Below are positions 1-8,055 of a stretch of 31,989 nucleotides of DNA, in pieces. The stretch's first letter is position 1, and every line of letters starts with the position of its first letter. The notes under the pieces are model-generated. The model ran no database searches, was not told the DNA's origin, and was given only the letters and a program-made list of their open reading frames with translations. Both the position numbers and the translations under genes were made by a program. This DNA comes from a virus, in the UHGV virus genome UHGV-0114034; one strand, 5' to 3'.

Positions 1-49
1 TCGCCGTAGCGAGTTCAGATAAAAGAAATCCCCGCGAGTGCGAGGATTG

Positions 50-334
50 TTATTCATTGCCGATATTTACCTTTATCGCGAACACCTTTACCGGTTTATC
101 GCCGAAGTGCAGATGTGTGATTGTCTTGATTTCATATCCGTCATACGGAACATCAATTCTGCGGCTGGAGTCGTCGCGCTTCGGATATCCCTTTGTGATA
201 ATCAGGCGGTCATACTTACGGTTAACGAGGCGCTTATTCCAGTAGTCATTACACAGGCGATACTCTTTCGTTTTCTCTCCGCGAATCATGGCATCGAAGT
301 ATTCACCTTTGACGGCAAGTTGCAGGTTAGCCAC
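50..334 (-). CDS. ASCH/PUA-like domain protein (hypothetical)
   Basis: 94-aa ORF; pattern KGEYFDAMIRGEKTKEYR ... HLHFGD resembles ASCH-fold proteins; last gene of leftward early operon. Assignment by recall only. Confidence 0.4.
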   Translation of the reverse strand: MANLQLAVKGEYFDAMIRGEKTKEYRLCNDYWNKRLVNRKYDRLIITKGYPKRDDSSRRIDVPYDGYEIKTITHLHFGDKPVKVFAIKVNIGNE

Positions 335-1247
335 GGTTCACCTCCTGCGGTGCTGCTGGCAGCGGCATCCAGTGGGTTGGCTTGCAGTAGCAATCAAAGC
401 CGTGTCCGTGTGCTGACCCGCCAACGTACGTTGCCATCTTGATTAATGGATCATTACTTTCCGGCGCGTCTGGACGGTACGCCAACACTTGTTCCCCTGC
501 GGAAGGCATCTGCTCACTACAGCTTATCCAACCATCCGGAGTTACCGGAGAGTTGCCAGCCTGAACAGTAGGCATATCCGGACCTTTGCGAATCGCCCTG
601 GCAAGATCGATTGGGTCGTCGTATAACCAGTCACCTGTTTGCGGATGATTGGCCTCTGCCAGTTGCGCCGACCATTCAAGGCCGTCTTTGTGACCTTGCA
701 GATAGTCCAACGGCAACTCATCACGATTACTTACGGGTTCGATTTGTTCGGAATTACCGGACAACTGCATGGTACCTTCATTGGTGAGGGTACCATCTGC
801 ACCCTGAAGCATGGCTGCCCGGCACTCATCAACAGCCTGACACAGCTTGGCGCGGTGATGTCCAGCCATAGTCCCTTTGTTCCAGTCATGCCCCATTGTC
901 ATGCCGTAAGCATGGTGGAGAAGGCGCTTGAAACACTCAGGCACAGCTACCGGCGCTGGAGGGGCGGTGTAGAGCGGCATTACCTCAATATTGAAGATAT
1001 CCCCCTCGCTTGGACACGCCTCTGCGCTACCGTAAACCCAAGGGTGAACGACTCCGTTACGCTTGTTGATTAATCTGTGCGCCCACGCCACAGGCTCCGC
1101 TTCGAGCGATGCCAGCGCGATACGCGCATTATTAATCAGGAGGCTATCAGCAGGAGATAAAACAACATGAGCGTTACCCTCCGCATCAATTTCAGAATTC
1201 GTAATTTTTCTGAACAGCTTTGCCAGTTCTCTGGTAATAGTGCTCAT
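327..1247 (-). CDS. DUF551-domain early protein (Eaa-like)
   Basis: 306-aa ORF; C-terminal motif ...CYCKPTHWMPLPAAP typical of DUF551 C-termini of lambdoid early-region proteins; N-terminal ARIALASLEA module shared with ORF 1519-1803. Confidence 0.5.
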   Translation of the reverse strand: MSTITRELAKLFRKITNSEIDAEGNAHVVLSPADSLLINNARIALASLEAEPVAWAHRLINKRNGVVHPWVYGSAEACPSEGDIFNIEVMPLYTAPPAPVAVPECFKRLLHHAYGMTMGHDWNKGTMAGHHRAKLCQAVDECRAAMLQGADGTLTNEGTMQLSGNSEQIEPVSNRDELPLDYLQGHKDGLEWSAQLAEANHPQTGDWLYDDPIDLARAIRKGPDMPTVQAGNSPVTPDGWISCSEQMPSAGEQVLAYRPDAPESNDPLIKMATYVGGSAHGHGFDCYCKPTHWMPLPAAPQEVNRG

Positions 1248-1522
1248 GGGCGAATCTCCGTCCTGCCACCAAGTAAGCGGATTGCCACTCGTTCCCGGAA
1301 GGTAAGCGGTCGATGGTGTCCGCGGGCATTAACAATTTCAGGCTTTCCATTAGGCGGATAATTGACCCTGACCGATTGACCATCTAGCGCGTGAGAAGCC
1401 TCGAGTAGTGCTGACTTTAAGTGCGCAGGGCACTCTTTCTGCACCCGCTCGCCGTCTGAAATGACACCTGCAATCCCCTGAAGCATGCTGGCTAAATTGC
1501 TGAGATAATTTTTCACATTCAC
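1244..1522 (-). CDS. hypothetical protein
   Basis: 92-aa ORF, 4-nt overlap with neighbours (operon-style coupling). Confidence 0.4.
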   Translation of the reverse strand: MNVKNYLSNLASMLQGIAGVISDGERVQKECPAHLKSALLEASHALDGQSVRVNYPPNGKPEIVNARGHHRPLTFRERVAIRLLGGRTEIRP

Positions 1523-1803
1523 TCTCCTTTACCGGTGCCATAGGCAGATAAGCACTCTTCAAATCCAGCCTGATTATCCGTTTGACCTAAACTGAAGCCA
1601 TGCTGAAGACCATGACGAAATGCGCTATCTTGCAATTTATCTGCGCTATCGAGCTTCGCTTCCAGTTCAGCGATTCGCTTCTCTGCGGCTTCCAGCGATG
1701 CCAGTGCAATTCGTGCCAGTTCCATTTGTTCGCCACGAGTAAGCCCGTTTTCAAGCGGATTTTTAATGAATAATTCGATACGTTCTTTGGTAATAGAATT
1801 CAT
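1519..1803 (-). CDS. hypothetical coiled-coil protein (Ea22-like module)
   Basis: 94-aa ORF containing LEAAEKRIAELEAKL heptad module also present in the frameshifted upstream gene. Confidence 0.45.
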   Translation of the reverse strand: MNSITKERIELFIKNPLENGLTRGEQMELARIALASLEAAEKRIAELEAKLDSADKLQDSAFRHGLQHGFSLGQTDNQAGFEECLSAYGTGKGE

Positions 1804-1804
1804 G

Positions 1805-1996
1805 CTATTTCACCTTAATCTCAACATTTCGCAGCTTTAGCTCTACTGGCAGGTCTGACTTTCCTGTTAATGCTAATGCGAGATTTTCTGGGGTAATGAG
1901 AGCAGTTATTGCTTTCCCCATTGCCAGACGAATAATTATTCGTATTTCGCGATCGTCACATGCTCCTGGTCGAACGATTGATATTTGTCCGTCCAT
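1805..1996 (-). CDS. hypothetical protein
   Basis: 63-aa ORF; start codon 1 nt after the stop of the upstream reading frame. Confidence 0.35.
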   Translation of the reverse strand: MDGQISIVRPGACDDREIRIIIRLAMGKAITALITPENLALALTGKSDLPVELKLRNVEIKVK

Positions 1997-1997
1997 C

Positions 1998-2404
1998 TCA
2001 CTCTCCTTTGATGCGAATGCCTGCGGCGCGGATTGCAGCGATGACTTCAGAAACTTTGTATGCCATTACCGTTTGGTAATCATCGTGAAAATCTGTTCGA
2101 TGAAGCATGCTGCTACGTTCCGGGAGCGATATTTCCCGCGCTTCCAGTTCTGCAATGCGCTTTTTTGCTGCTTCCAGTTCATCCAGTAATTCCAGTACGG
2201 TAGCCGGATTAGCCTTGGCAACAAAATCCCGGACTGGCTTACAATCAATCTCCGCAATGGGTTGATACGATGTGTAGCCATGCTGTCTTGTATAACTACC
2301 GTGACGAATAACAAAAAAATCACCATTTATTTTTTAGCCTGCCACTTATCTTCACCGGCTTTCTCTGCCGCTTCACGCAGTGCCTGATAGTCAATCTTGT
2401 TCAT
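1998..2404 (-). pseudogene. Ea22-like coiled-coil protein, reading frame interrupted (-1 shift) near 2327-2335
   Basis: ATG at 2404 gives MNKIDYQALREAAEKAGEDKWQAKK then TAA at 2327-2329; a start-less open frame continues from 2333 to 1998 (INGDFFVIRHG...LDELEAAKKRIAELEAR...IRIKGE). Junction lies in an A6/T-rich tract. Confidence 0.4.
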
Positions 2405-2405
2405 G

Positions 2406-2705
2406 TCACATCACCCTGAATCCGTTGCATTTACGTAAGAAATCGCAGATATAGCCCTTCATTTTTTCATGCCAATCTCGATCATTCCCATTGCACCAAC
2501 CATCAGGTGGAGTCCAGTTTTCTATCAGAGCAGCCATTTTCTTTGCTTTCGCCGGAGTAGCTGTTGCGGTATCGCAGTAATGACGAGTGTCAACCAACGC
2601 ATCCATACCATCGATATCAAGTACGCAAAACCATGTGTGATTCGGAATTCCTACAGGTGGTATTTGTTGCCCACGTCGACGTTTATCAATAAGATATACA
2701 CTCAC
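2406..2705 (-). CDS. hypothetical protein
   Basis: ORF with probable GTG start at 2705 preceded by AAAGGAGG; start overlaps the stop of the upstream small ORF (GTGA). Confidence 0.4.
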   Translation of the reverse strand: MSVYLIDKRRRGQQIPPVGIPNHTWFCVLDIDGMDALVDTRHYCDTATATPAKAKKMAALIENWTPPDGWCNGNDRDWHEKMKGYICDFLRKCNGFRVM

Positions 2706-2869
2706 TGCTTGCCTCCTTTGCGCCACATCGCATTCAGATATTTGTTTTGATTTACTGACGGAAAAGAATTTCTCTTAAGCAATTCCTCTCTCGATGGCAT
2801 TGGCTTTACGCGTTGGCGAATAATCATTTCTGCCGGAAGAATGCCGGGATTGTATGCAAGTCCTCTCAT
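2702..2869 (-). CDS. small hypothetical protein (55 aa)
   Basis: ATG at 2869 preceded by GAGGAA; [55 protein letters not shown]; stop overlaps downstream start. Below the ORF-track size cutoff. Confidence 0.3.
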   Translation of the reverse strand: MRGLAYNPGILPAEMIIRQRVKPMPSREELLKRNSFPSVNQNKYLNAMWRKGGKQ

Positions 2870-2885
2870 GATTAATTCCTCTTTG

Positions 2886-3200
2886 TTAATTTATTTGTAT
2901 GCCTGCTCTTTCTTCATCGAGTTTTTTTAGCTTGTATCGCATAGCTCTTACTGAATAAATTGAGCGGCAGGTTGCAATTGCTATTTCTTCTGCGGAGAAC
3001 TTACCGAAAAGTGATACTTCGGCTCTTGTCCATCGTCTTCCACGAAGTCGGCTAACAATGTCAGCGCCAATCCTTGTTGCTTTCGCCATTACTGCTTTTT
3101 CAGTCCTTTCCAGTTTTTCAGCGATAACTTCAACTGGCATTGTCGCCGCTACTTCGCGTAAGAAATCGACTTCCCATTTCTCCCATGGAGTCTTTTTCAT
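2886..3200 (-). CDS. hypothetical protein with two helix-rich repeats (possible DNA-binding)
   Basis: 104-aa ORF; two similar modules ([12 protein letters not shown]... and [14 protein letters not shown]...). Confidence 0.4.
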   Translation of the reverse strand: MKKTPWEKWEVDFLREVAATMPVEVIAEKLERTEKAVMAKATRIGADIVSRLRGRRWTRAEVSLFGKFSAEEIAIATCRSIYSVRAMRYKLKKLDEERAGIQIN

Positions 3201-3211
3201 AGGCGATACCG

Positions 3212-3700
3212 TTATTTGATAAGAAGTGAAGGTTTCCCAACCTTGAGTTGAGCGCCTGGGATATTTATTCCTGCTTTTAGTTGGTGCTTGATTGCCAACT
3301 TGTCGGCTTTAATTGTCGTTTCGAACTCAACGTATTCAGGAGGAAGGGCGCTTGAGTCGATGATTTCTACAATTTCTGACGGTTTGCGGATTGTTACCTG
3401 GTGAATACCTGCTCGAATATTTTTCTTGCCAACCATTTCAAGCGATGACGCTATATATGATTTGATGCTGTCAATCTTATTTTGAATTACTGCGGCTCGC
3501 TCATTCAGTGACTTTGCCTCTTCCTTGAGGCGTTCAGCATAACCAGATTCATTTTTAATGACGGAAAGAAGTTGCTCTATTTTATCGGTAAATTCTCCTT
3601 CCATGCCTTCTATTGTGTCAGCAATCATCTCTGGTTCTAAATCTGAATCCATCAATTTTGCGTATTCATTGGCAATTTCATATAGTTTGCTCACTGGCAA
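3212..3700 (-). CDS. Gp157-family protein (coiled-coil, RecT-associated)
   Basis: 162-aa coiled-coil protein adjacent to recT, resembling Siphovirus Gp157-family proteins; by recall. Confidence 0.45.
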   Translation of the reverse strand: MPVSKLYEIANEYAKLMDSDLEPEMIADTIEGMEGEFTDKIEQLLSVIKNESGYAERLKEEAKSLNERAAVIQNKIDSIKSYIASSLEMVGKKNIRAGIHQVTIRKPSEIVEIIDSSALPPEYVEFETTIKADKLAIKHQLKAGINIPGAQLKVGKPSLLIK

Positions 3701-4589
3701 CCTCCAGTTTCGCTTTGCATTCTGCGTAAATGGCTTGTACGTTCTGCTGCAATTTCATTCCAGATGTCAGGCGATATGCTTCTGCAAAATATCGCTTCAA
3801 ATCATCCATGTTTTCAGCCTGAGCCATTTCATCACAAAGAAGTTGTGCTTTATCCGTTATTTCCTGCTGGCGTTTCCGTTCATCTTCGCGGATATCTTCC
3901 TCTGATTTGTGCGGCATAACTGGTTCAGTCCACACACCTTCTTCTTCGTTTAGTACGTGAATAGCACTATCAAGACGTGATGCCTTAGGCCAATACTTGC
4001 TTGCACGCTTTACGACCGTCTTTCGCGCCATCTCATTCCAGTGATTTACCCATGGTCCTTTATCGCTGAATGCCGCCTTGCTTGTTTTCCTTACAGCCTC
4101 AATTTCAGCCAGACTCATCTCTTCCGTTAGATAATCACCTGCTGGCGTCTTAACTGTGCAGTAAACGCCAACGATATCACCACGATCACCGAAGGCGTTG
4201 TATTTATGGGTTGGTGCTTTATCAAGCCCGTTTGACTCATAGGTATCGTTAGCATGAACAAGTTTTGCCTGACCCCATGAGATAACACCAGACTCCATTG
4301 CAATATGGAGCAATCCCATATAACTGATATCAAGGCAAACCATGCCGTCGCGCGGAACTAGATAAGCAAGTTTGCTGGCTGGGTTTAAGGTGATGCCGAT
4401 CGCCGCAACATTGATGATGGCGTTCTGTGCGCTGGTTGGATTTGCCAGTGCCGTTTTAGCCAGGTAATCATTTTTCTGGAAATACTGAATTGCAAACTGG
4501 CTTTCCTTAGCCCATGTCACCGTCTGTTCAGTCAATGCTCCGCAGAATAACTGCTCTTGCTGTTTAACGAATTCAACGATATTGCTCAT
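3678..4589 (-). CDS. recT: RecT-family single-strand annealing recombinase
   Basis: 303-aa ORF; motif KGPWVNHWNEMARKTVVKRASKYWP matches the conserved RecT core (Rac RecT ...GPWVTHWEEMAKKTAIRRLFKYLP). Confidence 0.85.
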   Translation of the reverse strand: MSNIVEFVKQQEQLFCGALTEQTVTWAKESQFAIQYFQKNDYLAKTALANPTSAQNAIINVAAIGITLNPASKLAYLVPRDGMVCLDISYMGLLHIAMESGVISWGQAKLVHANDTYESNGLDKAPTHKYNAFGDRGDIVGVYCTVKTPAGDYLTEEMSLAEIEAVRKTSKAAFSDKGPWVNHWNEMARKTVVKRASKYWPKASRLDSAIHVLNEEEGVWTEPVMPHKSEEDIREDERKRQQEITDKAQLLCDEMAQAENMDDLKRYFAEAYRLTSGMKLQQNVQAIYAECKAKLEVASEQTI

Positions 4590-4897
4590 GCTGCTTCTCC
4601 AAAAATGTGTCTGCGTTTGAATATTGCGAAGGCATATTCAGCCTTAACTCTTTCGGTTATTGCATCCCAGAACCATTCAGCGGCTTTTTCCTGATAGTTA
4701 CAGTCATCATCTTCCAGCCAGTCGATAGCGTCCTTAGTGTGTTCATCTGGTTTATATGAGCGAAGCATTTCGCTTATTGGGTCGCAACGTTTGCAGAGGC
4801 GATCAACTTCACTGTTGATTCGTTCGTAATCTTCATCAGTAAAACTTGCGATTATTTGCGATATTTCACGCTTATCATTCAGAGTCAGAATCATCAT
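4586..4897 (-). CDS. hypothetical protein
   Basis: 103-aa ORF immediately upstream of recT with 4-nt overlap. Confidence 0.45.
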   Translation of the reverse strand: MMILTLNDKREISQIIASFTDEDYERINSEVDRLCKRCDPISEMLRSYKPDEHTKDAIDWLEDDDCNYQEKAAEWFWDAITERVKAEYAFAIFKRRHIFGEAA

Positions 4898-5334
4898 CTT
4901 TCTCCTGTTCTTTGTGCTGATTGAGTATTTTTTTCATCTGACGAATGAATTCTTCGTCTGACCAGTTATCTGTAAAACTCATGGACGGCCTTGTTGTTTC
5001 AAAATATCCCAAAGCTTTTCGAGCAAGCTTTTCATTCTTGGTTGTTTAAAGTCTGCTCCGGTTAAAATATTTTTTCGTGAATGCTGTACCGATAAAATCG
5101 GGTTGAAAGGGCGAACCGATGCCGCCCCAGCAATAGCGAACTGTTGCATAGGATGCTCCTTCTGTTTTATTGCATAACGAAAACGCCTCGAGTGAAGCGT
5201 TATTGGTATGCATATAAAAAGGCCCTCACACTGGAGGGCAAAGAAGATTTCCAATAATCAGAACAAGTCGGCTCCTGTTTAGTTACGAGCGACATTGCTC
5301 CGTGTATTCACTCGTTGGAATGAATACACAGTGT

Positions 5335-5538
5335 TTATTCGCGAGCTTTGAGCATTGCGTCTGCAAACTTATATGCAGCGCTTGCTGCATAATTAACAGC
5401 TCCATCAGAATCATTATCGATAATCGATGGATTGCTAATCATTGCTTGCATAGCCTTTGCCGCGAAGTAATCACGTAATGTCGCATCACTTGCCATTTCT
5501 GGGCGTTTGATATCTGCTTCATAAAACTCGCACATCAT
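5335..5538 (-). CDS. hypothetical protein
   Basis: 67-aa ORF, 4-nt overlap with upstream gene; followed by a 9-bp-stem hairpin (5303-5329). Confidence 0.4.
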   Translation of the reverse strand: MMCEFYEADIKRPEMASDATLRDYFAAKAMQAMISNPSIIDNDSDGAVNYAASAAYKFADAMLKARE

Positions 5539-5828
5539 TCACCTCCCAGAGCCTTGCTGATTGCTGCAAGACCTTTATTAACAGCTTCATACCATTCTGG
5601 ATATGTTGTCGTTGTTCTATTTTTGGATTGCTTAAGTAATAACTGAAGTGCTTCGAGAAGGTCAGGTGCTGCCGCTATCAGTAGCGCATCCTCCCTTTCA
5701 TTTCTTGTTGCTGCTTCAATGTATGTGTCACCAATCGTCACACCATGGAACGTAGTCATCATCTCGTTGACGTTTCTAACCGTGTACTTCCATTTACCAG
5801 GCGTACCCTTAAACTCTTTCATATTCAC
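5535..5828 (-). CDS. Ead/Ea22-like family protein
   Basis: 97-aa ORF with GTPGKW near N-terminus and LLIAAAPDLLEALQLL motif, both recalled as hallmarks of Ead/Ea22-like early proteins. Confidence 0.45.
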   Translation of the reverse strand: MNMKEFKGTPGKWKYTVRNVNEMMTTFHGVTIGDTYIEAATRNEREDALLIAAAPDLLEALQLLLKQSKNRTTTTYPEWYEAVNKGLAAISKALGGE

Positions 5829-5869
5829 CTCTGTTGTTTATGCCCAAAATAAAGGCCGACTATTCGGCC

Positions 5870-6037
5870 TTAAAATCCTGAATATTCGCGAAGAGATTCG
5901 ATAATTTCCTCGCAGTCGATAAGTAGTTCGTCAGGTTCATCTTCTCGATTTTTAAGTGCCTCAATGTTCCCAGCTAACTGGCGAAGCATCATTGCTTGCC
6001 ATTCAGGGTCGAAGCTGTCTGGTATTTCAATTTCCAT
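5870..6037 (-). CDS. small acidic hypothetical protein (55 aa)
   Basis: ATG at 6037; MEIEIPDSFDPEWQAMMLRQLAGNIEALKNREDEPDELLIDCEEIIESLREYSGF; stop overlaps hairpin AGGCCGA-CTAT-TCGGCCT (5853-5870). Confidence 0.3.
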   Translation of the reverse strand: MEIEIPDSFDPEWQAMMLRQLAGNIEALKNREDEPDELLIDCEEIIESLREYSGF

Positions 6038-6099
6038 ATTTCACCTCAAATAAGTGGTTTGCTGCCAAAACAATGAACCATCAGGAAATTCCAGATAGT

Positions 6100-6327
6100 T
6101 CATAATTCACTCTTCAATACTTCCAACTTACTAATCGCCGATAGATATCCGCGCTGATAGGGCATCATCATTCCTTCGAGCTTGCCACTTCTTAACTCCT
6201 CCCTGAGCAATTGTATTGCTTGATCAATAACCTCTGCCTTAGCGTCCTTTATGGCTTGCTTTCGGGGCTTTGCTTTCTGCTTTGGCAGATTTCTCAAGCA
6301 TGATGGAATGTATGTCTGATTCATCAC
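6100..6327 (-). CDS. hypothetical basic protein
   Basis: 75-aa ORF directly downstream of N in the pL operon. Confidence 0.4.
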   Translation of the reverse strand: MMNQTYIPSCLRNLPKQKAKPRKQAIKDAKAEVIDQAIQLLREELRSGKLEGMMMPYQRGYLSAISKLEVLKSEL

Positions 6328-6600
6328 TTACCTCGCTGTCAGTTGTTTTGATTTCCGGTAGCCTGCCGCGTAAAGAGCTACGTTTGGCAGGCAAATACTT
6401 CCACTGCATTCATCTGCCTTCTTGCAGCGAAGGCTTCCGAGTGATGCTGCTTTGTCTGCTCTGACGCAACCAGAGAGCTTTAGCGCAATTTTTCGCGCCA
6501 GTGCTTCATTACTGCGTCGCTCGGCAATAAGTTCTGCTCTGCGAGCTTTGTAGCGGCTTTTTGCCGTACCTTTGGATTCTTTCCAGACAATGGTTACCAT
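6328..6600 (-). CDS. N: N antitermination protein, phage-21-type arginine-rich motif
   Basis: Start at MVTIV (RBS AAAGGAG); N-terminal GTAKSRYKARRAELIAERR matches the phage 21 N ARM peptide as I recall it; first gene downstream of pL/nutL. Confidence 0.7.
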   Translation of the reverse strand: MVTIVWKESKGTAKSRYKARRAELIAERRSNEALARKIALKLSGCVRADKAASLGSLRCKKADECSGSICLPNVALYAAGYRKSKQLTAR

Positions 6601-6710
6601 GATGGTCTCCTTTAAGTGGCTTTGGCGCATGACGCGTCGAGGTGCTTATCTTCTCGATCGCTGTCTTGCAGCTGCAATTCGCGCCATCCCCAAAACCACT
6701 CAAGTTCTGG

Positions 6711-6751
6711 TCTCAACGGTTAGGTTGAGAGTTCGTCGATGTTAAAGAGCC
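6711..6751 (-). promoter_or_regulatory. nutL: boxA-like GCTCTTTAACA and boxB hairpin TCTCAACCTAACCGTTGAGA
   Basis: On minus strand between pL and N: boxA-like element then 7-bp stem with CUAACC loop, similar to nutR boxB at 9436-9454. Confidence 0.6.
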
Positions 6752-6789
6752 TGCCAATCTGTTCCTTGTGGCGTCTCAGCGTCCTGCTG

Positions 6790-6845
6790 ATGGAAATGAT
6801 AGTCACATATTGTGATTTAATGGTCAATCACAAAATGTGTAAAAT
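6790..6845 (-). promoter_or_regulatory. OL operators and pL promoter
   Basis: Palindromes TCACAtatTGTGA (6803-6815) and TCACAaaaTGTGT (6828-6840), same family as in OR; minus-strand TTGACC-17-GACTAT. Confidence 0.55.
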
Positions 6846-7076
6846 AAAGGTGTGACACGTTATGTGTATGATTTTTTTGTGTAAATAGTTTTACCCGCGA
6901 TGGTTTTGCTTACTTAAGTCGGTGGCAACAGCAGGATGGGTGCTGAAAAGTTCGAAAAACGAGCGAATGGGGTGGTGGCGAGATGGCGGGATATGGGAGT
7001 TGTATTAAGAATTATAGTAATTTAATCAATAGTTTGGACCGGCTGGCAGGTGTTGTCCTGATAGTGATCGGCGGGC

Positions 7077-7103
7077 AATAAAAAACCCGGCGCTGAGGCC
7101 GGG
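7077..7103 (-). terminator. rho-independent terminator ending the immunity-region accessory cassette
   Basis: Minus strand: hairpin CCCGGC-CUCAGC-GCCGGG followed by UUUUUUAUU. Confidence 0.6.
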
Positions 7104-7110
7104 TTGATGA

Positions 7111-7233
7111 TTAGCGGTGTGGCCTTGAGCGATAATGCTCACACACATGTTCAAGATTTCCATGCCTTATCCGTTCATAGGCATTCACATGAACTTCTCG
7201 ATCGAATTGGTCATTCAAATTGTATGTAGACAT
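7111..7233 (-). CDS. small hypothetical His/Cys-containing protein (40 aa)
   Basis: MSTYNLNDQFDREVHVNAYERIRHGNLEHVCEHYRSRPHR; stop 8 nt before terminator hairpin; weak RBS. Confidence 0.3.
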   Translation of the reverse strand: MSTYNLNDQFDREVHVNAYERIRHGNLEHVCEHYRSRPHR

Positions 7234-7406
7234 CTGTGTTTTCTCATATTGGCGGCAGCCCTACAACCGCTTGAAAAAATGTACCAGACGCGCTAAGGTT
7301 ACATCGCAAATATTGTGTACCTTAACAAGGGCTCCTTTTGGAGGCTCTGGTTAAACAGCATCAATGTCGGACTGGGGAGTTGGACATTGTGCTGAATGCT
7401 TTTGCA

Positions 7407-7928
7407 TTATTGAGGCCGAACGTAAACCTTCAGAATTGAAGAGATGCGTTCGGCTTCTTCGTTTGTGATATCGTTAGGAATGCCTTTAATCGTTACTGTA
7501 ACCCCTGATTCAGGTCGAAGAACTACTGGAAGATCATAGGTATGAAGTGCATTAGCCTTGCCTTCGACTTTTGTTGGTTCGCCAGTCAAATCTTTTTCCT
7601 CACTGGATTCTTTGTCAATCGGAGTGTATGGGATTTCTTCACCAGACTGGAAAGCTACAAACTTTTTGATTGCACTTTCCATGCGGCTTTTATATGCAGT
7701 AATGCTGCTGTCGCTAGGCTTCGGCTCAGTTGCGTTGATGTATCGCTCGGCAAGCTCATTCACATCAAGCTGAGTAACATCACCCATTTCCTCTTCTTGG
7801 ACTACCGTTAAGAGGCGAGCGGATGAGTTTTTTAAATTTCGAGCGGTGGCCTCCTTCATTATGTTCAGCGACATAAGCTCTTCAAGGAAGTCCTTGAATG
7901 CCTGCACGCTAACGTTTGACTTTGCCAT
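7407..7928 (-). CDS. hypothetical acidic protein, immunity-region moron (rexAB-equivalent position)
   Basis: 173-aa ORF between cI and OL on the cI strand with own promoter-like element (7961-7989) and flanking terminators; no recognisable motif. Confidence 0.6.
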   Translation of the reverse strand: MAKSNVSVQAFKDFLEELMSLNIMKEATARNLKNSSARLLTVVQEEEMGDVTQLDVNELAERYINATEPKPSDSSITAYKSRMESAIKKFVAFQSGEEIPYTPIDKESSEEKDLTGEPTKVEGKANALHTYDLPVVLRPESGVTVTIKGIPNDITNEEAERISSILKVYVRPQ

Positions 7929-7960
7929 TTGCTCTCTCTCTAAGTTATTGACTCAGATCG

Positions 7961-8002
7961 AGTTTATCCAGGAATTGATTTGCATGCAAGACTCAAGTCT
8001 TG
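7961..8002 (-). promoter_or_regulatory. putative sigma70 promoter with overlapping palindromes for the accessory cassette
   Basis: Minus strand TTGCAT-17-TAAACT; palindromes CAAGACT-ca-AGTCTTG (7987-8002) and TCTTGA-n10-TCAAGA adjacent to the -35. Confidence 0.35.
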
Positions 8003-8030
8003 AGAATTTCCGTTCAAGATCCACTCTCAA

Positions 8031-8055
8031 TAAAAAAGGCCGCACCTCTGCGACC
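8031..8055 (-). terminator. rho-independent terminator downstream of cI
   Basis: Minus strand: GGUCGCA-GAGG-UGCGGCC hairpin followed by UUUUUUAUU. Confidence 0.6.

Noticed and set aside
1-49. Possible terminator after the last leftward gene
   Set aside because: Only weak stem potential and a short T-rich tract; window edge prevents assessment.
639-1073. 144-aa plus-strand ORF
   Set aside because: Antisense to the DUF551 gene in a region where all genes run leftward.
2066-2326. 86-aa ORF (MVIFLL...)
   Set aside because: Begins immediately after an in-frame stop and has hydrophobic low-complexity translation; the alternative frame carries the conserved coiled-coil module.
4979-5254. 91-aa minus-strand ORF from the track
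   Set aside because: Implausible composition and spans several hairpins; region treated as structured non-coding.
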